The position numbers and the translations under genes are program-made. From Ignavibacteriota bacterium (GTDB taxonomy: Bacteria > Bacteroidota > Ignavibacteria > UBA10030): 64,000 bases of DNA. Positions 49,464 to 61,000 of the stretch are shown in pieces; the stretch's first letter is position 1, and every line of letters begins with the position of its first letter. The notes beneath the pieces were generated by a model. The model saw nothing but the letters and a program-made list of their open reading frames with translations, was not told the DNA's origin and did not search any database. The stretch covers positions 2,912,001 to 2,976,000 of the forward strand of contig OY969585.1 in the NCBI GenBank assembly GCA_963701295.1, in the 5' to 3' direction.

Positions 49464-52400
49464 TCACCTCATAAATTGACGTGGAAGAATATCGTTCAAT
49501 TCAAATCCGAATAACACACCTAAATAGAAGCGCCATTCGTGTCCATACTGTACAGTCGTCGTATTGATATCTACGACATTTCGTGAAAATTGATCCAGGC
49601 CATAGGCGCCTGAGAAAAAGATACGCGTGGGATATGCATAGAAGGAATATGTCTCAAGCCGGAGCTCAAAGCCAACATCCCGCTTCCACTGGTCTATGGA
49701 AGGTGCTTTGCCGGACCATGCATCTCCTATATCGTAAAATACAGATCCAAAAAGCTTTTTAAAATAGAGCTGGAGGACTCGGAAATTAAGTTCGGTCTCA
49801 AGAGGAAATCGATATGTCGCGTTGAGTGCTACGGTCTTGTTGCCGCCGATTGCGTAGAAGGGATACCCCCTCATTCCGACAAATCCGCCCGCATAGTAAT
49901 CAAAAAACTCATCGACTGAATGGCCAAGGATGCCATCTGCATTGAGCCCCAGTGTGAGAGTCTGCTGAGAGAGCGGAAGCGCTATGTGTTCTGTCCAATT
50001 CAGTTCGAGCCGATGAAAGTAATAGGGAGTATAAATAGGAAATCGAAACCCATTCTCTTTATTTTCTCCTGTGGAATCGGTCGGATTATATTTATCCATC
50101 TCATACAGATATTTTAATGAGAATGTTCTCCCAACCGGATTGATCTCTTTATCGACTGTTCGCAGAATACCATCATACTTGAGCTGTGCCGAAAATGTAT
50201 TGCCGATAAGATACGTAGATCGCGATGCCGGAATCACTCCGAGATTTTGTTCATCAGGAATTGAATAAAACCAACTTCCAAAATTTTGATTGTATTGACT
50301 CAGTGTATATGCCAGTATCAATTCACAGTTTTCAGAGAACACATTTTGTTTGAGCGAAAAATCAAACTCAAAAAGGTCATAGGTGACGTCGGTTTCAAAT
50401 TTCAGCGGGTTGGGATTCCACGGAAGTTCAAACGATATATTTCGCGAACGTGAAATATTATAAAGTTCCAGAGAAGCTGTTGGCTCCAATCCTATTTGAT
50501 ACAGGAGGGGTAAGCGGCCTCTATATTCGACATCGAGAAAAAGATCACGTTCCCATTTCCTGTTTATTGCAGCACCGCCAAAAAAATCCATTTTATCGAG
50601 CATTTCTGAGGAACTTACAAACAAGCCCGGCTTGATCATATCCAGGACATTACCGCTTTGTGTGTAGTTATCAAAACGGAGCAGCGGTATTAATGAAATG
50701 CTTGTGAAGACAGACTTGTAGGGCTTCGCCGGATATGCTGCAGTGTCTTGAATATGAAAATGATTCTCGCTCGCGACCAAAGACAGCGCACCTGCTCTCG
50801 ACTCATCCATCTTCTTAGGCTGACCGAAAGAAAGCGAGCGATCCACAGCTAAATAATTTGATACAGAAACCGATGCATTGCTAGAGTCGTGACGGACAGA
50901 AGCGATCTTATATCCTGAAGATGTATACGTCACATAGATCAAGTTGCCTTTTTGATCAAGCGTTGGAAGAAAAGCGCTTCCCAGAACGCTTGTTTCCTGT
51001 TGTTCCATATTCGTCTTGAGATTGAGCGAGTAAATATTAAATATTCCGCCTCTATCCCATGAATAATACAGGATTGAATCTGAAGCGAAGAATGGATTCC
51101 GACAATCGCCTGAATGGGACAAGAGTTGATAATTCTCCCCATTTGAATCGATGAGAGCCACCGATTGATTGTGTTCTACAGAATATCCGAATGCAATTTT
51201 TTTTCCATCCTTCGACCAAATCGGAGTGTAGACTTGTTCGCCATTATGAAAATGTGTCAACTGAGAATTGTTCTTTCCATTCGTATCACAGACGGCAAGA
51301 TTCAGCGTCCCGTCGCTTCCAGACGTATAGACAATTTTTTTCCCGTCGGAAGATACCTTGGGGTTAAATGCACGCAAGCCATATGTTAAGCGTTCCTCTT
51401 TTTCTGCCGCAATATTGTACTTGAAGAGATCACTGTATGCAGACCAGTGCGGATTATTGCGCGTGATTCGCGCGTAATAAATATTCTGTCCGTTTGGAGA
51501 AAAGGAAAGAGTTGAATTCGCTTGCGGAACGATCATTTTTGTTTTCTTTGTTGTTCGGTCATAGACATAGACACTTGTTAAAGAAGAATAATCCATGCCT
51601 TTATTCGAGATATAGGCAATCGAAGCACCATCCGGTGAAACGACAGGATAGAAATTCCAGAATCCTTCGTTCTCGATGATTTCCTCATTCGTGCGCATCG
51701 AACGCAAAGAATCCGCCAAGGGTTTGTACTGAAGTGTTTTTTCTTTCTTCCATTCTTCGTAGAGCTCTTTGCCTGTTATTCCCACCGACGCTTCGATGGC
51801 TCCATCCATAGTCAAGCGGAACGGTGCTGCAAGCTGCCTTGATATGTCCCGAAGTTTATCGACACCATAGTGTTGAGCAATATATCCGACGAGTGAAAAG
51901 CCTGCATTATAAACCGATTCACTCCCCAATGATGTCTTTTCAAAAAATCCCATTTCTTCCCATGAGAGCGGATTTCCATCACTCATGTACATCCGTAAAA
52001 TCATATCGCGGTGGGTATCCCATCTGTCATATTGAAATGAAGGATTATTGTACTGCGCGGTTCCTTCTGCAAACCAGCTGGGCACGACAAAACCGGAAAT
52101 AGGGTACGAGACAATAACATTGGGATATCCATACAACACATCCGGACGCCGCTCTGCTTCATAGCCAAGCCATTGGAAATAAATGCCAGGAACTTTCCTG
52201 CTAAATTTTAGTGCTGTTTGAATCTGAACGATATGAGTAAATTCGTGCGTGACGACATTCCATAACCATGGATGTGTCCCCCGCAATTCAAAATCCATTG
52301 CGGACGCCCAGATCACAATTCTATTATTGATGAAATCTGTGCCGCCGTTGGAATAATCGTCATAGTCACAGATAACAAAATTAACCCGCGAATCAGGTTC

Positions 52401-52616
52401 ATGTCCGTACATCGTTGTAATCGGCCCATACACGCTCTCAGCAACTTTTGTAACTTCCCGTGCTGTTCGTTCTGTCCCTTGATGGAAATGAACAAGAAAA
52501 TGTTTTGTCTCAATGGTCTGCCATTCCAATTCCGGATGATAAAAATCTTCCTGGGCAAGGACAATGGGCGACGCCATACATAAAAGAATCAGTATCAAAA
52601 ATAAATTAAACTTCAA
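49464..52616 (-). CDS. Multidomain envelope protein: zinc-peptidase-like N-domain, TolB/PD40 propeller, Omp85-like barrel
   Basis: 'VVTHEFTHIV' + 'WFAEGTAQY'; 'SPDG/SPNG/SKDG' repeats; 'GMRGYP', 'FYDIGDAW' barrel motifs. Confidence 0.7.
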   Translation of the reverse strand: MKFNLFLILILLCMASPIVLAQEDFYHPELEWQTIETKHFLVHFHQGTERTAREVTKVAESVYGPITTMYGHEPDSRVNFVICDYDDYSNGGTDFINNRIVIWASAMDFELRGTHPWLWNVVTHEFTHIVQIQTALKFSRKVPGIYFQWLGYEAERRPDVLYGYPNVIVSYPISGFVVPSWFAEGTAQYNNPSFQYDRWDTHRDMILRMYMSDGNPLSWEEMGFFEKTSLGSESVYNAGFSLVGYIAQHYGVDKLRDISRQLAAPFRLTMDGAIEASVGITGKELYEEWKKEKTLQYKPLADSLRSMRTNEEIIENEGFWNFYPVVSPDGASIAYISNKGMDYSSLTSVYVYDRTTKKTKMIVPQANSTLSFSPNGQNIYYARITRNNPHWSAYSDLFKYNIAAEKEERLTYGLRAFNPKVSSDGKKIVYTSGSDGTLNLAVCDTNGKNNSQLTHFHNGEQVYTPIWSKDGKKIAFGYSVEHNQSVALIDSNGENYQLLSHSGDCRNPFFASDSILYYSWDRGGIFNIYSLNLKTNMEQQETSVLGSAFLPTLDQKGNLIYVTYTSSGYKIASVRHDSSNASVSVSNYLAVDRSLSFGQPKKMDESRAGALSLVASENHFHIQDTAAYPAKPYKSVFTSISLIPLLRFDNYTQSGNVLDMIKPGLFVSSSEMLDKMDFFGGAAINRKWERDLFLDVEYRGRLPLLYQIGLEPTASLELYNISRSRNISFELPWNPNPLKFETDVTYDLFEFDFSLKQNVFSENCELILAYTLSQYNQNFGSWFYSIPDEQNLGVIPASRSTYLIGNTFSAQLKYDGILRTVDKEINPVGRTFSLKYLYEMDKYNPTDSTGENKENGFRFPIYTPYYFHRLELNWTEHIALPLSQQTLTLGLNADGILGHSVDEFFDYYAGGFVGMRGYPFYAIGGNKTVALNATYRFPLETELNFRVLQLYFKKLFGSVFYDIGDAWSGKAPSIDQWKRDVGFELRLETYSFYAYPTRIFFSGAYGLDQFSRNVVDINTTTVQYGHEWRFYLGVLFGFELNDILPRQFMR

Positions 52617-52733
52617 GCTCCCTCATAGAGGAAATATTTGTTTCTCGATAATACCAAATTATTTACCGCTTATACCAGTCAAAGCATGATTTTTGCGACG
52701 AGCATGAATGCTCTCACTGGGCATCATAAAGAA

Positions 52734-52754
52734 CCCTGCGCCAAGAGCGCAGGG
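52734..52754 (-). terminator. Probable intrinsic terminator
   Basis: 8-bp stem CCCTGCGC/GCGCAGGG, 5-nt loop, followed by TTCTTT on the minus strand about 35 nt after the stop at 52790. Confidence 0.6.
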
Positions 52755-52789
52755 AATTCTCGTTAACATTAAATTTCACCAGCAGCTAT

Positions 52790-53446
52790 TTATATTGTAT
52801 ATCCGAGAAGTAATCTAAAATGATTCTCATGGATATTCACTTGAGAAAGCTCATTATCAGGTACCAATTCTGATATACCAAACCAAGATTCAGCTGAAAT
52901 GCTAAAATGCGACAATCTATAAGACACTCGTAATCCAGCGTCATGCGACCAAGAGGGATATTGATTGGTTACATCAAAGCTGGAATTTTCAATTGGTGGT
53001 GATGTAGACATCCAGTCCATTATCTTGAGATGTCGATTTGCTTTGTAACCTATTCCAAACGAAAAAACGGATACCTTATATGTGATAAAGAGTCCTGTCT
53101 CTAAAGCATCGAACCAAATCGTTGAGCTGCCATAAGAGTATTTACTGCTTTCTCCGCCAAACCGATTGTATCCCAAAAATGGGTTACAGTTAAAATTATC
53201 TGAAAGCCGGATATCGTATTTTAAGCGCACTTCCGGCGTGAGAGCGAACTGTGTCCGATCAAATCTGAAATCCTTTAAAGGCGGAAGAAGATCCTTTAAA
53301 AACATTTGATTATAACCACCACCAATTTCTATACCAAGACCAGATAGAACAGATTGAGAATATAGTGCTTGTGATATCATAAGAATAAGAGCAAAAATTA
53401 GGATGCTCCTAATAAAAGAACTTAACCGCTGAGATTTGGTACACAT
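52790..53446 (-). CDS. Small outer-membrane beta-barrel protein
   Basis: Signal peptide, alternating beta-strands, C-terminal 'FRLLLGYTI'. Confidence 0.65.
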   Translation of the reverse strand: MCTKSQRLSSFIRSILIFALILMISQALYSQSVLSGLGIEIGGGYNQMFLKDLLPPLKDFRFDRTQFALTPEVRLKYDIRLSDNFNCNPFLGYNRFGGESSKYSYGSSTIWFDALETGLFITYKVSVFSFGIGYKANRHLKIMDWMSTSPPIENSSFDVTNQYPSWSHDAGLRVSYRLSHFSISAESWFGISELVPDNELSQVNIHENHFRLLLGYTI

Positions 53447-53597
53447 GGTAACTCCTTCATGATAATTAAAAGCACTGTGAATTAGGAATTATTATGTTTG
53501 TACCAATCTTTTATATTATTCCTTTCTGTGAATAATCTTACGTTTGTATACTAACATCAATTTAGCGTAATATCAGTCGATAATTTTAAAGTACATC

Positions 53598-56500
53598 TTA
53601 TTTTACGACAGCAATTTTGATGATCTTTACGTCGTTTTGAGTGATACCTTTGGCTTCGACACGCGCAAGATAAACGCCGCTTTGTATGTTTGAAACATCC
53701 CAGGAAATCTCACTATCCATTCCCGCTGTTCCTCTTCCCTTCAATTCCGTTATTTTCACACCGGAGAGGTCGAGAATGGTAACGGTGATGTTTGCATCTT
53801 CAGAAGTATAGTACCGAATTTGTGTGGAACGACCATAGACAGGATTGGGCCAGTTATAGACACGCGACTTTGGCAAGAATTCCGGAGTGAGAGGATGAGA
53901 TACAGTCTGAGTCCATTCTGTATTGCTATGCCTTTCATCGCCAAGATGCTGCCACCATACCAAGGAATTCGTGGTAAATGTCGTTGAAGTGAGAAACGCA
54001 TCGAGTGAACCGTTCTCTGAAAGGACGGCGACTCCTCCTATGTTTGAAGAATTCGTGTATGTTATAGGAAATGATTTTCCAGGAGAAGTCACTTGAATAG
54101 GGAAACCTGTGAGTAGTTTTCCATTTCGATTGTACACCCACATCTCACCATCATTCGTGAATGCGATGATTTCGAGTTTACCGTCTCCATCAAAATCGAC
54201 GATTAAAGGTGTACCGGTAAATTCATTGGTGCCTCTCGTTTGAATCGGAAAACCATCGAGCATAACACCCGCCCGGCTTAAAGCCGATATGTGAGTTGCC
54301 GATTGAATAATTATGTCTTTTTCACCATCTCCATCGATATCTGCTATGGCAAGCTCTTGGAGAGTAGAATCGGGCACACTCACATCGAAGAGCTTCTGAG
54401 ATAATGATTGATCAAAAGACACTGTTCTGTTTCCGTTTATTTCTGCTGCAACGACATAGTTCCCTTTGGGTGAGACTGCCGCGGCAAGTATCCACGTGCC
54501 CGCTGAAGCAGGCAATCCAGCAGAATCCCGTTCACTATAAATCCGATTTCCGGATGCACAAAAATATTCTTCGGGTTGTGATAACGAAGGTGTTGGCAAA
54601 AGTGCAAGAGAAGTTATCGGTCCGCTTCGGACAAAGCGTTGAGAAATCAAATCGCCGTTGATGTTGAACTCATACACTTTTCCTGAATCCGATCCGATCA
54701 GAATCGATGGCAGAACACTCAGCGAAGCGAAACATGGAGATGTCGTGAATTTCGAGGAGATTGTCCTTGTGAAAATATTCAGGCTGTCGAATACACCTTG
54801 CGCATTGGGAGAAGTAAGTTGATATAGAGTGAGAGCACTATCCTGAACACTTGCCACTATTTCGCTTCCCGTTTGTTCATACACAGCTACGCCAAAGTTG
54901 TTTTTTTTGCAAGGTAATGCATGGTTCGTTAAATTTTGTCCGTTGCTTTGGAATGCAAAGATGCTGTCATTGACGGGAAGATAGAGATGATGATTTTTTG
55001 TTGATGTGGGATACGTGGACGCATAGGCGAGCGTACGGGATAATGCTGTATCCCGCTTGAGAACGTTACTTCCTATTTCAACCACCGCTGTCATAATCGG
55101 TGACCGTGCACTAAAATCCCTGATTGTGATTAAACTCGCTGCTCCTGAATGGCTGTTGCTGTTTGGGAAAGAATATTGATTAAAGATATTTTTGTAGAGG
55201 ATAGCAGAATTACCGGAGAACCAGCAATCGAGCGGACTTCCATTTTCTGTTCCGGATCCTGCATCAGTTGATTGATAGCTTTGCCCAATATCTTTTGACC
55301 CATCGGCTTCCATGAGCTCTACCCCGCGATGGTCGATATCAGCATTCACCGTGTTTGATTTCAATCCCGCTTGAATAATATTTTCGTCTATATGCCAAAT
55401 TAAAATTCCGCCGCCGTCATATTTCCCGGTTCCATCCGTCATATCGCCTATCACTGCCCAATCGAAGTTACTCACATCTACCACTGAACCACTGATTAAG
55501 CTATCTTCATAATACTGAAAGCCTGCTGTATCTTTTTTGAAATAGAGAAATGTATCAGTGCCATTTTTGACAAGTGTTAATTTCTGGCCATTTCCTTCGG
55601 GATCTCGATTGCGGTTTTCGAGAAGAAAATATTCCGATTGACTCATAGGTATTTTATAGACGACATCTTGGCCCGTATTTGTCAAGCCCACAGCTGGCAG
55701 TGTAAGCGTTTCACTCGAACTTTGGATCGATTTTGGAACGACCCAACCTAGATATATTTTTTCCCATGCACTCGGCTCGGGAGGAAAAAGTCCACTGTAG
55801 GCGAAGATATCCGCACCATCCATCAATCCAAATTGTCCGATACCCGACAGGCCGTTTGTAGTATTAAACAAATCAGGAAGGCCTAAATAACTTCCCACAG
55901 AAGCAGCAAACAACCCGTTGATGCTCAGTTGAAAAATTGCGCCGGAGATATCCTGCGACTCCGTTTCCGGCAGAATAATTGTGTTTTTGATATAACCGTT
56001 TACCATACCTTGAAAGGAGGATTGTCCAAGTGCCGTTGCGAACGCAGTCGAATCTAAATAGAGCGATGGAATATCATACGGTGTAGGATTAATTCCTAAC
56101 GAACTTACTAAGTCAATATCACGCCCTACGCCTGCATGAAAGATGACGAACGCATCATACTTTGAAAAATCAACTCCCGGAGAAAGTGAATCCGCTATGT
56201 GCCAACTTTCAATTGCCAGATCGGCAAGTTTTCTATTATCGTTCCCCGTTGATGGCGGCGAGTACGCTGCCATCGGTTTCGAGAGCACGATCTTCTGAGG
56301 AACAACAGAACCAGTTATTGTTAAAATTCCATTCGAAACTTTATGAAAATAATTTTCAACAAATCGAATTTTATTTCTAAAATATGCTAAATCATGCGGA
56401 GGTGGATCAATCTGTGCCGAAGAACCTATAAGCTGGAACGTACCGTTTCCGGTTGTCTGTTCATCGCTATCCGTCTGGAACTCGACCATGATGGCGAGTA

Positions 56501-56651
56501 TACGAAGAGTATCAATCGGAGTCGATTGAGCCAACTGAACTCGAAGAGGAGCCATTGACGTGCGCAGGAGATGAGATACTTTATATCGTGTTTGCCCATA
56601 CGATAAAGAACTTAGAAGAAAAAACACACTCATTACCCACACACGTATCAC
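53598..56651 (-). CDS. T9SS cargo: M6 (immune inhibitor A)-like domain lacking HExxH, FG-GAP repeats, CTD
   Basis: 'ILAIMVEF', 'IFHAGVG', 'LGLPDL', 'GQFGLMD', 'SAWEKIYLGW', 'EYFLLENR', 'GILIWHIDE'; DIDGDG/DFDGDG repeats; 'NWPNP...SGVYLARV...KIAVVK'. Confidence 0.82.
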   Translation of the reverse strand: MIRVWVMSVFFLLSSLSYGQTRYKVSHLLRTSMAPLRVQLAQSTPIDTLRILAIMVEFQTDSDEQTTGNGTFQLIGSSAQIDPPPHDLAYFRNKIRFVENYFHKVSNGILTITGSVVPQKIVLSKPMAAYSPPSTGNDNRKLADLAIESWHIADSLSPGVDFSKYDAFVIFHAGVGRDIDLVSSLGINPTPYDIPSLYLDSTAFATALGQSSFQGMVNGYIKNTIILPETESQDISGAIFQLSINGLFAASVGSYLGLPDLFNTTNGLSGIGQFGLMDGADIFAYSGLFPPEPSAWEKIYLGWVVPKSIQSSSETLTLPAVGLTNTGQDVVYKIPMSQSEYFLLENRNRDPEGNGQKLTLVKNGTDTFLYFKKDTAGFQYYEDSLISGSVVDVSNFDWAVIGDMTDGTGKYDGGGILIWHIDENIIQAGLKSNTVNADIDHRGVELMEADGSKDIGQSYQSTDAGSGTENGSPLDCWFSGNSAILYKNIFNQYSFPNSNSHSGAASLITIRDFSARSPIMTAVVEIGSNVLKRDTALSRTLAYASTYPTSTKNHHLYLPVNDSIFAFQSNGQNLTNHALPCKKNNFGVAVYEQTGSEIVASVQDSALTLYQLTSPNAQGVFDSLNIFTRTISSKFTTSPCFASLSVLPSILIGSDSGKVYEFNINGDLISQRFVRSGPITSLALLPTPSLSQPEEYFCASGNRIYSERDSAGLPASAGTWILAAAVSPKGNYVVAAEINGNRTVSFDQSLSQKLFDVSVPDSTLQELAIADIDGDGEKDIIIQSATHISALSRAGVMLDGFPIQTRGTNEFTGTPLIVDFDGDGKLEIIAFTNDGEMWVYNRNGKLLTGFPIQVTSPGKSFPITYTNSSNIGGVAVLSENGSLDAFLTSTTFTTNSLVWWQHLGDERHSNTEWTQTVSHPLTPEFLPKSRVYNWPNPVYGRSTQIRYYTSEDANITVTILDLSGVKITELKGRGTAGMDSEISWDVSNIQSGVYLARVEAKGITQNDVKIIKIAVVK

Positions 56652-56860
56652 AGAGACTCCTACAGTTCCTAATTCAGGTTATGCAAAATAGTGTTTTGGT
56701 CGAAATCCCAAGAATTGAGAATTCCATTACTTCATAGATTCCACTTGTTAAAAGACTCGCTTTTGTAGTTATGTCCGCTGTTCGGGATATTTTACAAAAG
56801 AACTCCTAAAAATCTCATATTCCATATATCCATGTAGACAACATCGAGTTTTTAAGAAAT

Positions 56861-57952
56861 CTACTGACCATCACCACCCCAGTCCATCGATAGTGTGAGG
56901 CGCAGCGTTCCATCAAGCGGCTCTTGTCCCTGAATAGTACTGATGTATCCAAAATCGAAGCCGTAAAGATCATATCTGATGCCGGCACCGAAGGTCATAA
57001 ACTTTCGATTACCTTCTCGAGGGTCTTCATAAAAATATCCGGCACGAATTGCAACCAATTTCGGCGAACCGTACCAATATTCCATTCCTATTGCAGAATC
57101 GAATCGTCGTATTTGTTCACTAATATTTCCCTGTGTCCATGTCGTAAAGAAAGCCTTATAGAATTCGTCGGACTGCGCACCCCATCTCGCCACCAATAGC
57201 CGACTCACTTCTACGGTAAATGTCAGATTATTATATTCGCTTTCAATAACCTTATACGCGATGCCAAGACGAAGATTCATGGGAAGAGGATCGGCTTGTG
57301 CCTTGTCGACATAAAATATATTTGGACCAATATTGGACAGATTCAATCCGAAACTCAGACTCTTTCCGAGAAAAAGCGGACGGTATAACAATCCGAGATC
57401 GAAAGAAAATCCAGTGGCTGTTCCGCTTCCCACTTCTTGCCCGGCTCCTTGATTAGCAAGATGTGAATAAATAATTCTAATGCTGGTTCCAATCCCGAGT
57501 TGTTCGTTAAGCTTTGTGCTATAGGTCGCCGAAACGGCAAGTTCATATCCTGTAAATGTTCCTACGATGTCAGGCCCGGCAGAAGTCGTTCTATTAAATT
57601 CACCAAGGTTGAGATAGGTGAGTTGACCGCCGACAACTCCATCCAATGCTTCGACAGGTTGTTTATAGGCTGCATGAGCAATCCATATATCAGATAGTCC
57701 TAAGCCGGGGAGCCAGTTTGTATGTGTCATTGCTAGTTCAGAGCCAGTTTGGAATGCAAGACCTGCAGGGTTCCAAAACACCGCCCATGCATTATCCGCT
57801 ATCGCCACGCCTGTTTCACCCATCCCGCCTGCACGCGAATCTGGTACAATGAGCAAAAAGGGGACTGCCGTAGTTTGTGTCGTCTGAGCTTGGGCACTAT
57901 TCGAGAATAAGAATCCGAATACAAACAGGACGACAATAATTTTCTTCATCAT
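56861..57952 (-). CDS. porV: Type IX secretion system outer-membrane shuttle PorV
   Basis: 'TTAVPFLLIVPDSRAGGMGETGVA', 'WNPAGLAF', 'LPMNLRLG', 'RAGYFYE...GNRKFMTFGAG'; follows porU. Confidence 0.92.
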   Translation of the reverse strand: MMKKIIVVLFVFGFLFSNSAQAQTTQTTAVPFLLIVPDSRAGGMGETGVAIADNAWAVFWNPAGLAFQTGSELAMTHTNWLPGLGLSDIWIAHAAYKQPVEALDGVVGGQLTYLNLGEFNRTTSAGPDIVGTFTGYELAVSATYSTKLNEQLGIGTSIRIIYSHLANQGAGQEVGSGTATGFSFDLGLLYRPLFLGKSLSFGLNLSNIGPNIFYVDKAQADPLPMNLRLGIAYKVIESEYNNLTFTVEVSRLLVARWGAQSDEFYKAFFTTWTQGNISEQIRRFDSAIGMEYWYGSPKLVAIRAGYFYEDPREGNRKFMTFGAGIRYDLYGFDFGYISTIQGQEPLDGTLRLTLSMDWGGDGQ

Positions 57953-58074
57953 ATATGTAACCTCCAGACTGTGAATGTTAAGTATCATTGTATTTTCTAG
58001 AATATACTTAAATGTGTTTTGATATGGTATGATAGAATATTCTCTTTCAATAGTACGTACGCTGCATCATCAAG

Positions 58075-61000
58075 TCAGCGTACAACAGCGAGCTTACCGA
58101 TGGTTTCGCTCGTGTGTTGCCCATTTTGACTATGCGCAATCAGTTTATACAAGTAGATGCCATTGGCAAGACGATCTCCATCATTATCTCTTCCATTCCA
58201 AGGAATTCTTACAGAACGATCTCTGATATTTTGTACGCTCATTTTCCCGATAAGCCTGCCCGCGACTGAAAATATTTTTATCTCCACATTGATCGGATCG
58301 ATGACATTACGCTGGAAGGTGAAGGTCGTGGAATTCGAGAATGGATTGGGATAATTCACCACATTCAACAAGGTGAGATCATCGGCAGCAGAGACCTCAA
58401 AATATGTTTCTGCCTCTGAGGAATTGTTCCGAATATCCCAGGCTTTTATGCTCAGTGTATATTTGCCCTCGCCGAGAGAGTCGCCTATGAGATCGCTTAA
58501 AGAATGGCTCACTTCACCCGATTTATATGTATCAAGATCGCTTTGATAATAATTCGATAAATCAAAAGTTCGCTCCGGGTTGCTGATTGTAGCCGACAAC
58601 TGATGCCCTACTCCAGCCGTCGATGTGTTGATACCACTTTCATCATGCAATCGTACGATCAAGGTTGGATTGCTTTTTACAACATCTCCAGGACGAAAAT
58701 TAAGATCATTGAGATATATAGAAATTTGCGGCCCTACCGTATCAATTGCTACGCTTGAATCGATGCCGTTGATCATTACGTTTTCAGTATATCCCGCTCC
58801 ATTGGTTGTGTTATTCCATGCGTACATCGAAATTCGCGATTGGTTCCCGAATGTCACATCTTTGGGTATAGGAATAGTTATTTTAAATTGTCCACTAGTA
58901 ATAGAAACTCCGCCGCGATAGAGCAAACTGCCGTTTTCCTTAAATCGAAAGTCGCCAAGTCCTTCTACGATGTGAACTTCTCTTTGCGAATCGAAAACCT
59001 GAAGTGTCCCTTTCCCTTGAAATGATGTTATTGGTGTCCCATTATTCTGCCTCATTGCACCTTGAATAGGTACACGTCCCAAGGATTTCATTGTAACGAT
59101 ACTCAATGTTGATTTCCCATTCACGCTATCAATTGAAGCAACGTTCTTCGGCATGAGAAGCCGTAGTGTCGGATCACCGAAGAGATGAAATTTTTGAGTA
59201 TTCATTACATCAGAGTTAACAGATTTTGCTAATAGCGCCGCATCCCCTAATCTAGGATTTCTTCCCGCAGCATCTTTAGTGAACAGATTGTAAAAGAAAC
59301 TTGTATTGAGCACAGCATTGGGATTTTCATAGACTTTACGCGCTGCTCCAAAAGTCCCAATCGCTCCCCCTTGCTCCATGGTTACAAGCTGTTCGTCCGT
59401 ACTGAGTATACTTGGATCGTCATACAAGCTATTTTCACAAGCTGCTACGACAACGAAAGTCAAATGATCCTGATTGGATAGTTTCGGTAGCTCGCCTTCT
59501 CGAGTAAATATCCATTCATGAGCCCATACTTGATCGTTCCCGTGGCCAATGAAATTTGTATATAATGTACCCTGATTTATTGCATCAACAATCGCTGTAT
59601 TTGCACTTGGTTTCCTGCGACCTAAAGCGCTATTCACCGTTGGGTATTCGACGATATAAATTTTTTTCTTTTCAAAACTTTTAGCAGCATTGCTTTCAGC
59701 AATCGTTTCGGTTTTGTCTGTAAACTCAGATCCATCATCCTCTTCGGTTGAAGTTAATCCGTCATCAGCGACAAGTGTTAAACTATTTCGCCAGGAATTG
59801 CTATCGGGAGCAGATGTCTCATACGAAATAATTTTATTGACCACTATAGATGCCTCTTGGACGCTGCGCGCAGGAAGACGCCCGATTGCAGCGGAATAGA
59901 TAGAGTTTTGTGAATCTAAAAGAACGAACTCATCATCCGTTGGATAACTTGTATTGGTAGGATCAAGCGATTCTTCTGTTTCGTATGGAGGAATCCAATT
60001 ACGTTGATTTGAGCTAATATTCTTATAGTCGAAATATCCCCAGCCAAACAAGAGGACATATTGCGGAACAGGGCTCTGCCAATACGCTTGAGTATATCTT
60101 AAAAATTCTCGTATTGCAAGAATGTCTGGAAGGCCTCCTGAGAATTCGCTATAGATTTGATTGATATCCACAACAAGAGTCCGAAGACTATCGTGAGATT
60201 CACGCTGTGCCTTTAAGAGATTCGCCGCTGACAAGAATTCCGGAGGAGAAATAATGATGAAATCATACTGTGATTGAACATTATGCAGATTTATCGTGTT
60301 GTCAATTTTTGTCGTTGTTCCAGGGGTTTTGAATCCAGTTTTACCAATCACCGCGATTTGACGAACAGATCCGCTTGTCTGCTCAAGCTGGATTTTGCAT
60401 ACCGTGGGATCAGCAGAATAATATTTTAATTCTTTCACATTACTATGATCGGTGACATCAAACGCACGTATATCGCTCGAAAAATTACTAATGCTATACT
60501 GAACCGATCCTGTGACATCGGGCGAGGTAAAGATAAGAGTGTCGTTGACAGCTTCAAACCTTCGCTGATAATATATTTCCATCCAATCTAACCATGTTAA
60601 CGCGTCTTGATTCTGATTGCCGGGGGTCACTTGGATTGTTACACTACTCGCATTATTCGGCACCCCGCCTGTTCGCGATGGATACAGATATTCTTCATTT
60701 GCGTATACAGTGCCCAAGCCGGCAGGCCCCATCGTTTTAGACCCGCCTGTAAGAAGCTGGCCATTTTCAAAAATATCCAGATTATCAGGTGTTGTCGAAT
60801 TGTGCAAAAACTTGAATCGATAGGTAATCGGAGATGTTGCAACTAATCCCGGCAGCGATCTATTGTATGTGCCGGCATCCGTCCCCGCAAATTTTTCCCC
60901 AACCCACAGACGCCCCGAATTCTGGAGATTGTATTTTTCTTCTTCAACGAATAATTTTTCCTGAAAACTTGCCGGTTGTATTGCTGTTGGAGAAACGGCT

